A stretch of DNA of 64,000 nucleotides. It comes from an uncultured Acidobacteriota bacterium. Lineage in GTDB: Bacteria > Acidobacteriota > Thermoanaerobaculia > UBA5066 > Gp7-AA6. Both the position numbers and the translations under genes were made by a program. Position 1 is the stretch's first letter. Each line of letters starts with the position of its first letter. Below, piece by piece: positions 1-10,582 of this stretch. The notes beneath the pieces were generated by a model. That model did not search any database. It was not told the DNA's origin and saw only the letters and a list, made by a program, of their open reading frames with translations. Where the stretch lies: NCBI GenBank assembly GCA_963764715.1, contig CAVXTP010000021.1, forward strand, positions 192,001-256,000. Reading direction: 5' to 3'.

Positions 1-2578
1 CGGGCGCGAGGTCGCGATCAAGGTGCTTTCGGAGAAGGTCGCGGGAGACCCGGCGGCGCTCGCCCGGTTCGAGCGCGAGGCGCGCGCGGTCGCGGCTCTG
101 TCGCATCCGCACATCCTCGCGCTCCACGACTTCGGCCAGGACCGCGGGCTCACCTTCGCCGTCATGGAGCTGCTCGACGGAGAGTCCCTCGCGCAGCGGC
201 TGGCCCGCGGGCCGATGCCGGCGAGCGAGATCGCGCTGGCGGGAGCGCAGATCTGCGGCGCGCTCTCCGCGGCTCACCGCAAGGGGATCGTGCACCGGGA
301 CCTGAAGCCCGCCAACGTGATGCTGACGAAGTCGGGCGTGAAGCTGCTCGACTTCGGCCTCGCCAAGGCGGTGAGCGAGGTTCCCGAGGGCCTGACCACG
401 GAGCAAACCGCGGCGGCGGACGTCACCCGCGAAGGGACGATCATCGGCACCCTCGCGTACATGTCGCCCGAACAGGTCGAAGGCCGCGCGGCCGACGCCC
501 GCTCGGACATCTTCGCCCTGGGCGCGACGCTCTACGAGATGGCGACGGGCCGGAAGGCGTTCGTGGCGTCGAGCCAGGCCGGCCTGATTTCCGCGATCCT
601 CTCGGGCGAGCCACCGCCGGTCTCGTCGGTTCAGCCGATGTCGCCGCCGGCGCTCGACCGCATCGTGCGCGGCTGCCTCGCCAAGGACCCCGACGCGCGC
701 TGGCAGACCGCGCACGACGTGGGTCTGCAGCTGGCGGGCCTCGGGGATTCCGGGACGGCGGCGACGCCGGTGGCTCGGACGTCGGTGCGGCGCGGCCGCC
801 GCCTCCTGCCGTGGGCCCTGGCCGGGCTCTTCGCCGTGCTGGCCGCCGTCGTGCTCTGGAAGGGGTCCTCGCCCCCGGCGCCCGCCCGCATCGTTCGGTT
901 CCCGCTGCCGCCCCCTCCCGGACGTTCCTTCTTCACGACCTACGAATCGGTCACCGTCGCCGTCTCGCCGGACGGCTCGCGAATCGCTTATGTCTCGGCG
1001 CCCTTCGCCGTGTCCGCAGCCCGCCGCGGCATTGCTTCGCCCGAAGCTCCGGAGAACCGCAACATCTGGGTTCGCGACCTGGCGGCCCTCGAGTCCCGGC
1101 CCGTGCGCGGAACGGAGGGCGCCACGTCCATCTTCTGGTCGCCCGACGGCAAGTCGCTCGGCTTCTTCGTTCCGGGAAAGCTCAAGCGCATTTTCCTGGC
1201 GGACGGCGCGGCCGCCGTGCCCATCTGCGACGTACCGGCCGGGGGCGGCCGGGCCGGCACCTGGAGCCCGTCCGGGGAGATCCTGTTCGCGAGCATTCAG
1301 GCGCCGACCGTTCTGAAAGTGGCCGCATCCGGCGGCGTTCCGGAGAAGGCGTTCGAAATCGCCGGCGACGAGATCCGGATCAACTGGCCGTCGTTCCTGC
1401 CGGACGGGAAGAGGTTCGTCTACCTCGCGAGACTGCGCGATCGCACGGGCCGATTGATGCTCGGCGAGCTCGGCAAGCCCCCCCGCGTGGTGGCGCCGTT
1501 GACCTCTTCGATGCAGTACGTCGACCCGGGCTACCTCGTCTTTGCCCGGGATGGAGCGCTGCTCGCGCAACGGTTCGACCCGGAAGCCGGGCGTCTGACG
1601 GGCGACCCCGTCTCGATCGCCGACCCCGTCAGCTACTTCCTGTCCACCGGGCGAACGTCCTTCGCCATCTCGCGCTCCGGAACTCTCGTCTACCAGTCGG
1701 CCGACGACGTGAGCCGGCTCGAATGGTTCGATTTGGCCGGTCAGTCTCTCGGGAGCATCGGACCTCCCGGCAACTACCTCAATCTGGCGATGGACCGCGA
1801 AGGAGTCAGGGTTTTCTACGACCGGACGCGGCCCGGCATCGGTACTTTCGACATCTGGGCATGGGATCTCGTCCGCGGCATCGAGACGCCGATCACGACG
1901 GAAACCGATACCGAGATATCGCCGGTCGAGCTGGCCGACGGCAAGAGCATCATCTACTCCGCCAATCGCCAGGGAGCGCCAGAGCTCTTCCGCCGGAACC
2001 TCGCCAGCGGCACCGAGGCGCCTCTGGCGCCTGCCCAGAACGCGTTTCAGCAGGCGCAGGATCTGTCGCCGGACGGACTGACCCTGGCCTACGTGGAGCG
2101 CGCGTCGTCGGGGAACTTCGACATCTGGACCGTTCCGGTGTCCGGAACCGGGAAGCCATCGTCCTTTCTGCAGTCGGACTTCGACAAGAAGGAAGTGCGG
2201 TTCTCGCCGGACGGCCGTTACCTCGCCTTCGTGGCCAACGACTCGGGACAGCCCGAGGCCTACGTGACGCCCTTTCCTGGTCCGGGGGAGAAGGTGCGGC
2301 TTTCCTCGGGCGGGGCGCGCCTGCTCCAATGGAGCCGCGACGGACGCGCCCTGCTTTACGTGTCCCCCGACGGGCGGATGATGTCGCTGCCCGTCCAGAC
2401 CAGCCCGTCCCTTCGGACCGGGACGCCGACGGCGCTCTTCACGATCCCGGGCCGAGCGTGGCTGAACTTCCGGCTCTCGAACGATGGGAAAAAGATTCTC
2501 GCCGTGGTGCCCGAGTCCGCCGCCGACGAGCAGCCGATGACGGTCGTCGTCAACTGGCCGGCCACCCTCGCGAAGTAG
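1..2578 (+). CDS. Receptor-like Ser/Thr kinase K1 (kinase-TM-TolB/PD40 beta-propeller), 5'-truncated by the window edge
   Basis: Reads ..REVAIKVL from the edge; HRDLKP, DFG, YMSPE motifs; hydrophobic LLPWALAGLFAVLAAVVLW; repeated SPDG blades; C-terminal TVVVNW. Confidence 0.93.
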   Translation, partial: GREVAIKVLSEKVAGDPAALARFEREARAVAALSHPHILALHDFGQDRGLTFAVMELLDGESLAQRLARGPMPASEIALAGAQICGALSAAHRKGIVHRDLKPANVMLTKSGVKLLDFGLAKAVSEVPEGLTTEQTAAADVTREGTIIGTLAYMSPEQVEGRAADARSDIFALGATLYEMATGRKAFVASSQAGLISAILSGEPPPVSSVQPMSPPALDRIVRGCLAKDPDARWQTAHDVGLQLAGLGDSGTAATPVARTSVRRGRRLLPWALAGLFAVLAAVVLWKGSSPPAPARIVRFPLPPPPGRSFFTTYESVTVAVSPDGSRIAYVSAPFAVSAARRGIASPEAPENRNIWVRDLAALESRPVRGTEGATSIFWSPDGKSLGFFVPGKLKRIFLADGAAAVPICDVPAGGGRAGTWSPSGEILFASIQAPTVLKVAASGGVPEKAFEIAGDEIRINWPSFLPDGKRFVYLARLRDRTGRLMLGELGKPPRVVAPLTSSMQYVDPGYLVFARDGALLAQRFDPEAGRLTGDPVSIADPVSYFLSTGRTSFAISRSGTLVYQSADDVSRLEWFDLAGQSLGSIGPPGNYLNLAMDREGVRVFYDRTRPGIGTFDIWAWDLVRGIETPITTETDTEISPVELADGKSIIYSANRQGAPELFRRNLASGTEAPLAPAQNAFQQAQDLSPDGLTLAYVERASSGNFDIWTVPVSGTGKPSSFLQSDFDKKEVRFSPDGRYLAFVANDSGQPEAYVTPFPGPGEKVRLSSGGARLLQWSRDGRALLYVSPDGRMMSLPVQTSPSLRTGTPTALFTIPGRAWLNFRLSNDGKKILAVVPESAADEQPMTVVVNWPATLAK

Positions 2579-2580
2579 CT

Positions 2581-3150
2581 CTACTTCGGGGCGACTTCGT
2601 TCTTGGCGCCGGGCGGGGGCGGGTACTCGGCCAGCAGCTCCGAAACCGCGCGCCGGATGTCCCTGGCGATGGCGTCGGGGTTCGTTCCGAGAAGGGTCGA
2701 CTTCAAGCCGCGCCAGACGAGCTTGTATCCGGTGTCGCGGACGTCGATGTACAGCGTGCCTTCCTTTCGGTACTTCGTGCCTGCCCAGATCGTCCCGCTC
2801 CACCAGCTGTAGGCCCCGAACCGGTCCTGGGATTCCACGCCGTCCGGCCGCGTCGTGTACGAGACGTAGATGTCGGGCGCCTGGCCGGTCACGACGGGGT
2901 GGACGCCCCTTTTCAGAAGCGTTTCGTCGATCGCTTGGCGGACGGTCTCGTCGACGAAACGGCCGTCGACGATGGAGCTGCCTCCGGGCATCTGGAAGTT
3001 CGGGTCTTTGTACCAGGCGTAGGTCTTCGGCTGGGTGAACGTGTACGCCGGGTCGAAGGCATAGTGATAGCTCGGCGCGCCCGCGCACGCGAACTGAAGG
3101 GCGCCGAGCGCGCAGGCAGCCAGGGCGAGATGGCGGCGATGGTTATTCAT
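2581..3150 (-). CDS. DUF4136-like lipoprotein
   Basis: ATG at 3150 overlaps the upstream TGA (ATGA); signal peptide ending QFAC; KTYAW, EGTLYIDVRD..KLVWRG, LLAEYPP. Confidence 0.8.
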   Translation of the reverse strand: MNNHRRHLALAACALGALQFACAGAPSYHYAFDPAYTFTQPKTYAWYKDPNFQMPGGSSIVDGRFVDETVRQAIDETLLKRGVHPVVTGQAPDIYVSYTTRPDGVESQDRFGAYSWWSGTIWAGTKYRKEGTLYIDVRDTGYKLVWRGLKSTLLGTNPDAIARDIRRAVSELLAEYPPPPGAKNEVAPK

Positions 3151-3710
3151 GGCGTTCCATTCGTGGGAGCCGCGCCCGGCGGGGGCGGGAACTTGGCGAG
3201 CAGCGCGTCGATCTCGTGATGGATCTCGCGGCCGGCGGCATCGGGATTTTCCCCCTCGAGCCGGGTGATCGAGCCGCGCCAGATGAGCTTCTTGTCCGCC
3301 GTGCGGAAGTCGATCGTGATGGCCCGCGACTTCTCGTACATCATGCTTTCGTACCCCGTCAGCCAGGCGTAGTTGGGGTCCTTGACCTCGTCGCTCACGC
3401 GCGTGTCGCCGGTCAGAAACGCGACGAGCAGCGAGGCGCGTGCGGGGTCGACCTTCTGGTAGCCCTTTCCCGCGAGGCTCGCGTCGACGGCGGCGTGGAC
3501 GTGCTGCGAGATGAACTCGCCGTCGATGATCGAGTCGCCGTGGGGCGGCGGGTAGCCCGGCCCGACCCACCAGGCGTAGGTCTTTGCCGCCGCGAAGTCC
3601 GCCGTCTTGTCCCAGGCGAACTGGGGCACCGGGTGCGTTCCGCGGCACGCGGCGACGCCGATCACGCCGGCGACGAGAAGCAAGGACGGGCGTCGCAAGG
3701 TCCGGGTCAT
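3147..3710 (-). CDS. DUF4136-like lipoprotein (tandem paralog)
   Basis: Lipobox VAAC; [29 protein letters not shown]; GAAGGAG RBS upstream. Confidence 0.8.
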   Translation of the reverse strand: MTRTLRRPSLLLVAGVIGVAACRGTHPVPQFAWDKTADFAAAKTYAWWVGPGYPPPHGDSIIDGEFISQHVHAAVDASLAGKGYQKVDPARASLLVAFLTGDTRVSDEVKDPNYAWLTGYESMMYEKSRAITIDFRTADKKLIWRGSITRLEGENPDAAGREIHHEIDALLAKFPPPPGAAPTNGTP

Positions 3711-3771
3711 GTTCGCTCCTTCGAGGGTGCGGGGACATTACACCATGCGCGGGATCGCATACTCTTGCCCC

Positions 3772-5136
3772 GTGGGCGCCGGCCAGCGGGCGCCGGGGCC
3801 CCCGCGGCGTTATCCCGGCAGTCACCTCTTCGCGCTCCGCCGCGACCCTCTCGCGTTCCTGACGGGGATCGCCCGCGAGCACGGCGACGTCGCGCGCTTT
3901 CGTCTCGGGCCGGTCGACGTCCACCTGGTCAGCCGCCCCGACTGGATCCGGGACGTGCTCGTGACCCACGCCCACCTCTTCCACAAGGGCCGGGGCCTCG
4001 AGCGCGCGAAGCGTCTCCTGGGCGAGGGCCTGCTGACGAGCGAAGACCCGATCCACCTGCGCCAGCGGCGGATGATGCAGCCGGCCTTCCACCGCGACCG
4101 CATCGCCGGTTACGCCGGCGTGATGACGGCGCACGCCGAGGCGATGAGCGCGCGGTGGCGCGACGGCGAAACGCGCGATCTCGCCCAGGAGATGTCGCGG
4201 CTGACGCTCTCGATCGTCGGCCGGACGCTCTTCGATTCCGAAGTGGAGTCGGAGGCCGACGAGATCGGCGCCGCGCTGACCACCGCGATCCAGCTCTTCG
4301 GCCGGACCTTCTCGCTGCCGTTCTTCCAGGTCGTCGACCGTCTGCCGCTGCCCTCGAACCGGCGGTTCGCGAAGGCGCGCGCCCGGATCGACGCGACCAT
4401 CGGGCGGCTGATCGCGGAGCGGCGGCGTTCGCCGGGGGGACGCTCGGACCTGCTGACGCTGCTCGTCCAGGCGAGCGACACGGAGGGCGACGGCACCGGC
4501 ATGACCGACGTGCAGGTGCGCGACGAGGCCGTGACCATCTTCCTCGCGGGCCACGAGACGACGGCCAACGCGCTGACCTGGACCTGGTACCTCCTCTCGC
4601 AGAACCCCGAGGCCGAGGCGAGGCTGCACGCCGAGGCCGACGCGCTCGACGGCACCCCCGGGTTCGCCGACCTCCCGAAGCTCGCCTACACGGAGATGGT
4701 CTTCGCCGAGTCGATGCGCCTCTTTCCTCCGGCCTGGATCATCGGCCGGCGGGCGATGGCCGACTACGCGGTCGGCGGTTACGTCGTCCCGAGCCATTCG
4801 ATCGTCGTTTGTAGCCAATGGGTGACGCACCGGGACGCCCGTTTCTTCCCGGATCCCGAGCGGTTCGATCCGGAGCGTTTCCGCCCGGAAGCGAAGGAGC
4901 AACGGCCGAGATTCGCCTACTTCCCGTTCGGCGGGGGCCCTCGGGTCTGCATCGGCGAGGGGTTCGCGTGGATGGAGGGCGTCCTCCTGCTCGCGACTCT
5001 CGCCCGGCGGTGGCGCCTCCGGCTCGCGCCCGGTCATCCCGTCGTCCCCGCGCCGTCGATCACGCTGCGCCCGGAGCACGGGATGCGCATGCGGATCGAG
5101 TCGCGTTCTTCGACCGTTCCGGGACCGTTGTTGTAG
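3772..5136 (+). CDS. Cytochrome P450
   Basis: AGHETT I-helix, ESMR (ExxR), [16 protein letters not shown] heme ligand. Start is GTG 3772 (preceded by TACTCT-N6) or ATG 3745. Confidence 0.95.
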   Translation: MGAGQRAPGPPRRYPGSHLFALRRDPLAFLTGIAREHGDVARFRLGPVDVHLVSRPDWIRDVLVTHAHLFHKGRGLERAKRLLGEGLLTSEDPIHLRQRRMMQPAFHRDRIAGYAGVMTAHAEAMSARWRDGETRDLAQEMSRLTLSIVGRTLFDSEVESEADEIGAALTTAIQLFGRTFSLPFFQVVDRLPLPSNRRFAKARARIDATIGRLIAERRRSPGGRSDLLTLLVQASDTEGDGTGMTDVQVRDEAVTIFLAGHETTANALTWTWYLLSQNPEAEARLHAEADALDGTPGFADLPKLAYTEMVFAESMRLFPPAWIIGRRAMADYAVGGYVVPSHSIVVCSQWVTHRDARFFPDPERFDPERFRPEAKEQRPRFAYFPFGGGPRVCIGEGFAWMEGVLLLATLARRWRLRLAPGHPVVPAPSITLRPEHGMRMRIESRSSTVPGPLL

Positions 5137-5258
5137 GCTTCGCCCACTGGATTCTGCAGGGCTGGGAACGTCGCTCGCTCGTGCGCGAGCCCTGCGCCTT
5201 CGGGCGCATCGGGAGAGTCTTGGCTCTGCGGACGACAGGCTGAGGAAGAAGGGCTGAC

Positions 5259-7916
5259 ATGAGCCTTGCCGCGGGAACACGCCTGGGGCCCTACGAGATC
5301 GTGGCGCCGATCGGGGCGGGCGGGATGGGGGAGGTTTACCGGGCGAAGGACACGCGTCTGGACCGGCAGGTGGCGGTGAAGGTTTTGTCGTCGCACCTGT
5401 CGGCGAGCGAGGAGGTGCGTCAGCGGTTCGAGCGGGAGGCGAAGACGATTTCGCAGTTCTCGCACCCGCACATCTGCTCGCTGTACGACGTGGGTCGGGA
5501 GGGCGAGACCGACTACCTGGTGATGGAGCTCCTCGAGGGCGAGAGCCTTGCCGACCGGCTGGGCAAGGGCGCGCTTCCGACGGAGCAGGTCCTGCGGTAC
5601 GGGATCGAGATCGCGGACGCGCTCGACAAGGCGCACCGCCAGGGGATCGTGCACCGGGACCTGAAGCCCGGCAACATCATGCTGACGAAGACGGGCGTGA
5701 AGCTGCTGGACTTCGGTTTGGCGAAGCCGCTGACGGCGGCGGGGGCGCGGCCCGTCTCGGGCGCCTCGGTCCTCGCGACGGAAGCCCAGGTGAGCCAGCC
5801 GCTGACCGAGCGCGGGACGGTGCTGGGGACGTTCCAGTACATGGCGCCCGAGCAGCTCGAGGGCGGCGAAGCGGACGGCCGGTCGGACATTTTCGCGTTC
5901 GGCGCGGTGCTGTACGAGATGGCGACGGGCAAGAAGGCGTTCACGGGCAAGAGCCAGGCGTCGCTGATCGGATCGATCCTGCGGGACGAGCCGCCGTCGA
6001 TCTCGGAGGCGGCGCCGATGATCCCGCCGGCGCTGAACCGCGTGGTGAAGACGTGCCTGGCGAAGGACCCGGAGGACCGGTTCCAGACGGCGCACGACGC
6101 GAAGCTGCAGCTCGAGTGGATCGCGGAGGGCGGCTCGCAGGCGGGGCTGCCGGCGCCGGTCGTCGCGCGGCGAAAGAACCGCGAGAAGCTCGCGTGGGCC
6201 GTCGCCGCGGTCGCCCTGCTCGCCGCCGGCCTCGCCACCTGGGGCTGGTTCCGCCGCGCGCCGGTCCCGCCCCTGATGGCACGTTTCGACATCATGTCTC
6301 CGGAGGATCTCGTGGCGATCGACATGCCGCGCGTTTCTCCCGACGGACGCACCATCGCGTTGAACGCGACGGACGCCGCCGGAAGAACCCGAATCTGGAT
6401 CCGGCCGTTGAACTCCCTGACGGCGCATGCGCTGGAGGGGACCGAGGGAACGACTCGTCCCTTCTGGTCGCCGGACTCGCGCTTTATCGCTTTTTTCTCC
6501 GAGGGCAAGCTGAAGAAGGTGGACACCTCCGGCGGTCCACCGCAGAAGATCTGCGACGCGCCGACCGGCGCCGACGGCTCGTGGAGCTCGGAGGGCGTAA
6601 TTCTCTTCGACGGCGTCACCGGGGATCCCATCCAGCGGGTTGCCGCCACGGGCGGAACCCCGGTCGTCGAGGTCAAGCCCGACCCGGCGCGCAAAGAAAC
6701 CCAGGTCGCCTGGCCGGAGTTCCTGCCCGACGGCCGCCACTACATCTATCTGGCGAGCGGCCAGAAACCGGAAGACAACCTCTACCGCATCGGCTCGCTC
6801 GGCTCGAAGGAATCGACACCGATGGCGTCCGCACAGACGCTTCTCAGCTATGCGGCGCCCGGATACATCCTCTTCGTGCGTGACAAGACTCTCGTCGCGC
6901 AGCGCTTCGACCTGAAGAAGCTCAAGACGATCGGCGAACCGGCCCCCGTGGCCGAGAAGATCGGCACGGATGCCGTGGGTCTCGCTCGCTTTTCGGTGTC
7001 CCGCAACGGCGTCCTCGCCTACCGCACGGGCGATTCCGGAAATCGACTGCTCTGGATGGATCGCGGCGGGAAGGAGCTCGAGACGGCCGGCGCTCCCGGC
7101 GACTACGGCAATCCGGCGTTGTCCCGCGCGGGAGACCGACTCGCGTTCAACGCCTCGGATCCGCGCAGCGGGAAGTTCGACATCTGGGTCCGGGACCTCG
7201 CGCGCGGCGTGAACTCGCGCTTCACGTTCGCCGCCGGCGTCAACATCTGCCCACTGTGGTCTCCGGACGGCTCCCGAATCGTCTTCACTTCGGAAAAGGA
7301 GGGCGCATCCAGTCTCCTCGAGAAGGCGTCCACCGGCCAGGGAGAGGAGAAATCGCTCCTCAAGAGCACCGACGGACGCGTCCTCGCCACCGATTGGTCG
7401 CGCGACGGGAAGTACATCGCCTATTCGCATCGGGGAAAGGAGGGCTGGGACATCTTCGTTATGCCGACCTCGGGCGACCGCAAGCCGATTCCCGTGGTTC
7501 AAACTCCGTTCAACGACCTGAATGCCACGTTCTCGCCCGACGGCCGATTCATCGCGTACCAGTCGAACGAGTCCGGGCGCGGCGAGGTCTACGTCCAGAC
7601 CTTTCCGGATCCCGGGGGCAAATGGCAGATCTCGACGGCGGGCGGCTTCGACGCGTCGTGGCGGGCGGACGGCAAGGAGATCTTCTTCCGCGCTCCCGAC
7701 CAGAAGCTGATGGCGGTGGACGTCCAGACCGCCGGGAACTTTCAGGCCGGCATTCCGCACCCGCTGTTCCTGGGTCGCATTCCCCCCGGCGCATCGCGCA
7801 ATCGGTACGCGCCGGCGGCCGACGGGCAACGCTTCCTCTACATCGCGCCGCTCGGGCGCGAGTCGATGACTCCGACGACGGTGATCCTCAACTGGTTCGA
7901 AGGGCTGGAGCACTGA
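5259..7916 (+). CDS. Receptor-like Ser/Thr kinase K2 (kinase-TM-beta-propeller)
   Basis: [29 protein letters not shown]; TM LAWAVAAVALLAAGLATWGW; SPDG repeats; VILNW. Confidence 0.95.
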   Translation: MSLAAGTRLGPYEIVAPIGAGGMGEVYRAKDTRLDRQVAVKVLSSHLSASEEVRQRFEREAKTISQFSHPHICSLYDVGREGETDYLVMELLEGESLADRLGKGALPTEQVLRYGIEIADALDKAHRQGIVHRDLKPGNIMLTKTGVKLLDFGLAKPLTAAGARPVSGASVLATEAQVSQPLTERGTVLGTFQYMAPEQLEGGEADGRSDIFAFGAVLYEMATGKKAFTGKSQASLIGSILRDEPPSISEAAPMIPPALNRVVKTCLAKDPEDRFQTAHDAKLQLEWIAEGGSQAGLPAPVVARRKNREKLAWAVAAVALLAAGLATWGWFRRAPVPPLMARFDIMSPEDLVAIDMPRVSPDGRTIALNATDAAGRTRIWIRPLNSLTAHALEGTEGTTRPFWSPDSRFIAFFSEGKLKKVDTSGGPPQKICDAPTGADGSWSSEGVILFDGVTGDPIQRVAATGGTPVVEVKPDPARKETQVAWPEFLPDGRHYIYLASGQKPEDNLYRIGSLGSKESTPMASAQTLLSYAAPGYILFVRDKTLVAQRFDLKKLKTIGEPAPVAEKIGTDAVGLARFSVSRNGVLAYRTGDSGNRLLWMDRGGKELETAGAPGDYGNPALSRAGDRLAFNASDPRSGKFDIWVRDLARGVNSRFTFAAGVNICPLWSPDGSRIVFTSEKEGASSLLEKASTGQGEEKSLLKSTDGRVLATDWSRDGKYIAYSHRGKEGWDIFVMPTSGDRKPIPVVQTPFNDLNATFSPDGRFIAYQSNESGRGEVYVQTFPDPGGKWQISTAGGFDASWRADGKEIFFRAPDQKLMAVDVQTAGNFQAGIPHPLFLGRIPPGASRNRYAPAADGQRFLYIAPLGRESMTPTTVILNWFEGLEH

Positions 7917-7917
7917 G

Positions 7918-10578
7918 ATGAGTCTTTCCGCCGGGGACGACGGCTGGGTCCGTACGAGATCGTCGCGCCGATCGGGGCGGGCGGGATGGGCGAGGTGTAC
8001 CGGGCGAAGGACACGCGTCTGGACCGGCAGGTGGCGGTGAAGGTGCTGTCGTCGCACCTGTCGGCGAGCGAGGAGGTGCGTCAGCGGTTCGAGCGGGAGG
8101 CGAAGACGATCTCGCAGTTCTCGCACCCGCACATCTGCTCGCTGTACGACGTGGGTCGGGAGGGCGAGACCGACTACCTGGTGATGGAGCTCCTCGAGGG
8201 CGAGAGCCTCGCCGACCGGCTGGGCAAGGGCGCGCTTCCGACGGAGCAGGTCCTGCGGTACGGGATCGAGATCGCGGACGCGCTCGACAAGGCGCACCGG
8301 CAGGGGATCGTGCACCGGGACCTGAAGCCCGGCAACATCATGCTGACGAAGACGGGCGTGAAGCTGCTCGACTTCGGGCTGGCCAAGCCGCTGACGGCGG
8401 CGGGCGCGCGGCCGGTGTCGGGGGCGTCGGTTCTGGCGACGGAAGCGCAGGTCAGCCAGCCTCTGACGGAGCGGGGAACCGTGCTCGGGACGTTCCAGTA
8501 CATGGCGCCCGAGCAGCTCGAAGGAGGGGAGGCCGACGGGCGTTCGGACATTTTCGCCTTCGGCGCGGTGCTTGTACGAGATGGCGACGGGGAAGAAGGC
8601 GTTCACGGGTAAGAGCCAGGCGTCGCTGATCGGGTCGATCCTGCGGGACGAACCGCCGTCGATCTCGGAGGCGGCGCCGATGATCCCGCCGGCGCTGAAC
8701 CGCGTGGTGAAGACGTGCCTGGCGAAGGACCCGGAAGACCGGTTCCAGACGGCGCACGACGCGAAGCTCCAACTCGAGTGGATCGCGGAAGGCGGCTCGC
8801 AGGTGGGCCTGCCCGCACCCGTCGTCGCGCGGCGCAAGAATCGCGAGAAGCTCGCGTGGGCCGTGGCGGCGGTGGCGCTCCTCGCCGCGGGGCTCGCGAC
8901 GTTCGGCTACCTGCGCCGGGCGCCGAAGCCGCCGCGGATCACGCGCTTCGAAATCGGGATTCCGCCGAACGTGATTGCGATCGACACGCCGCGGATCTCG
9001 CCCGACGGGCAGATCCTGGCCTTCAATGCCACGGATGCCGAAGGCAAGACGCGGATCTGGATCCGCCCCTTGAGCGCCCTCGCGGCCCAGCCGCTCGCGG
9101 GGACGGAGGGAACCACTCGCCCCTTCTGGTCGCCCGACAGCCGTTTCCTCGGCTTCTTCGCCAACGGCAAGCTCATGAAGGTCGACGTGGGGGGCGGTCC
9201 GCCGACCAAGATCTGCGATGCGCCGACCGGATCCGACGGAACCTGGAGCCCCGAAGGAGTGATCCTGTACGACGGCACGGGCGCCGACCCGATCCACCGC
9301 GTCCCGGCCGCGGGAGGCGCGCCAACGGTGGCCGTCAAGGCCGACGCGGCGCGCAAGGAGACGCAGATCGGCTGGCCCGAGTTTCTTCCCGACGGCCGCC
9401 ACTTCATGTACATGTGCATCAACGCAAAGGTGGACGACAGCGCCTATCGCATCGGCTCGCTCGATTCGAGCGAAACGAAGGCGTTTGCGCCGGCCCAGAC
9501 GATGCTCACCTACGCGCCGCCGGGTTACCTGCTCTTCGTGCGCGACCGGACCCTCGTTGCCCAGCGCTTCGATGCCAAGGCGATCAAGACGCTGAGCGAG
9601 CCCGTGCCGCTCGCGGAGCAGATCGGGACCGACGCCGTCGGCCTCGCACGCTTCTCCGTCTCGCGCGACGGCATCCTCGCCTATCGAACCGGGGAATCGG
9701 GGAACCGGCTGGTCTGGGTCGACCGGTCCGGCAAGGAGCTCGAAACGCTCGGTGATCCGGGCGAGTACGGCGAGCCGGACCTGTCGCCCACCGGCGACCG
9801 TCTCGCCTTCGACCTGGCTGACCTCCGAGCCAACAAGACCGACCTCTGGATCCGCGACCTCGGCCGCGGGGTCAACTCGCGCTTCACGTTCTCCCCGGGC
9901 AACGCCTTCTCGCCGCTGTTTTCTCCCCGCGGCGACACGATCGTCTTTGCGTCGGATCGGGACGGCGCGCCCGGACTCTACGAGAAGGCGGCCAACGGGC
10001 AGGGTGACGAAAAGCTGATCTCCAAGATGGAAGAGCTCGTCATCCCCGTCAGCTTCTCGCCCGACGGATCCATCCTCGCCTACCAGGTCCGCAACCCGAA
10101 GACGGGCTGGGACATCGTGATGCTGCCGATGACCGGCGACCGGAAGCCGGTGACTTTCGCCGGTGCGTCGTTCAACGAGAACGCGCCTCGCTTTTCTCCC
10201 GACGGGCGCTTCCTCGCGTACGTGTCGAACGAATCGGGTCGCGCCGAGATCTACGCGCAGAGCTATCCCGGCCCGGGCGGCAAGTGGCAGATTTCGAATA
10301 CCGGCGGCTCGGATCCCCACTGGCGCGCCGACGGCAAGGAGCTCTTCTACCGGAGCCCCGACCAGAAGCTGATGGCCGTCGAGATCCGGGGCGGGGCCTC
10401 GCTCGAGGCCGGCATTCCGCGGCCGCTCTTCGTGGGTCGCGTCCACATCGGAAACGCCCGCAACAAGGTCCTGCCGGCGGGCGACGGCCAGCGCTTCCTC
10501 TTCGTCGCGCCGCTCGGGCGCGACGCCATGAACCCGACGACGGTCGTGCTGAACTGGTTCGCCGGACTGGGGCGTTAG
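7918..10578 (+). CDS. Receptor-like Ser/Thr kinase K3, frameshifted as given (likely sequencing errors; pseudogene not excluded)
   Basis: ATG 7918 starts MSLSAG; extra G in 7933-7936, extra A at 7940 and extra T at 8572-8573 relative to K2; removing them gives 885 aa, the same length as K2. Confidence 0.88.
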
Positions 10579-10582
10579 TTCG

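Noticed and set aside
5034-8837. Long antisense and alternate-frame ORFs (e.g. 5034-8837, 29900-32563, 57620-60490, 62406-63728)
   Set aside because: Shadow ORFs from high GC3 codon bias opposite genes with clear motifs; Arg/Pro-rich with no domains
5259-8900. Diversity-generating retroelement (K2/K3 near-duplicate as TR/VR)
   Set aside because: Differences are mostly synonymous and not adenine-specific; no reverse transcriptase in the window
5259-10578. Artefactual assembly duplication of one kinase gene
   Set aside because: Copies differ at many synonymous sites and have distinct ectodomains
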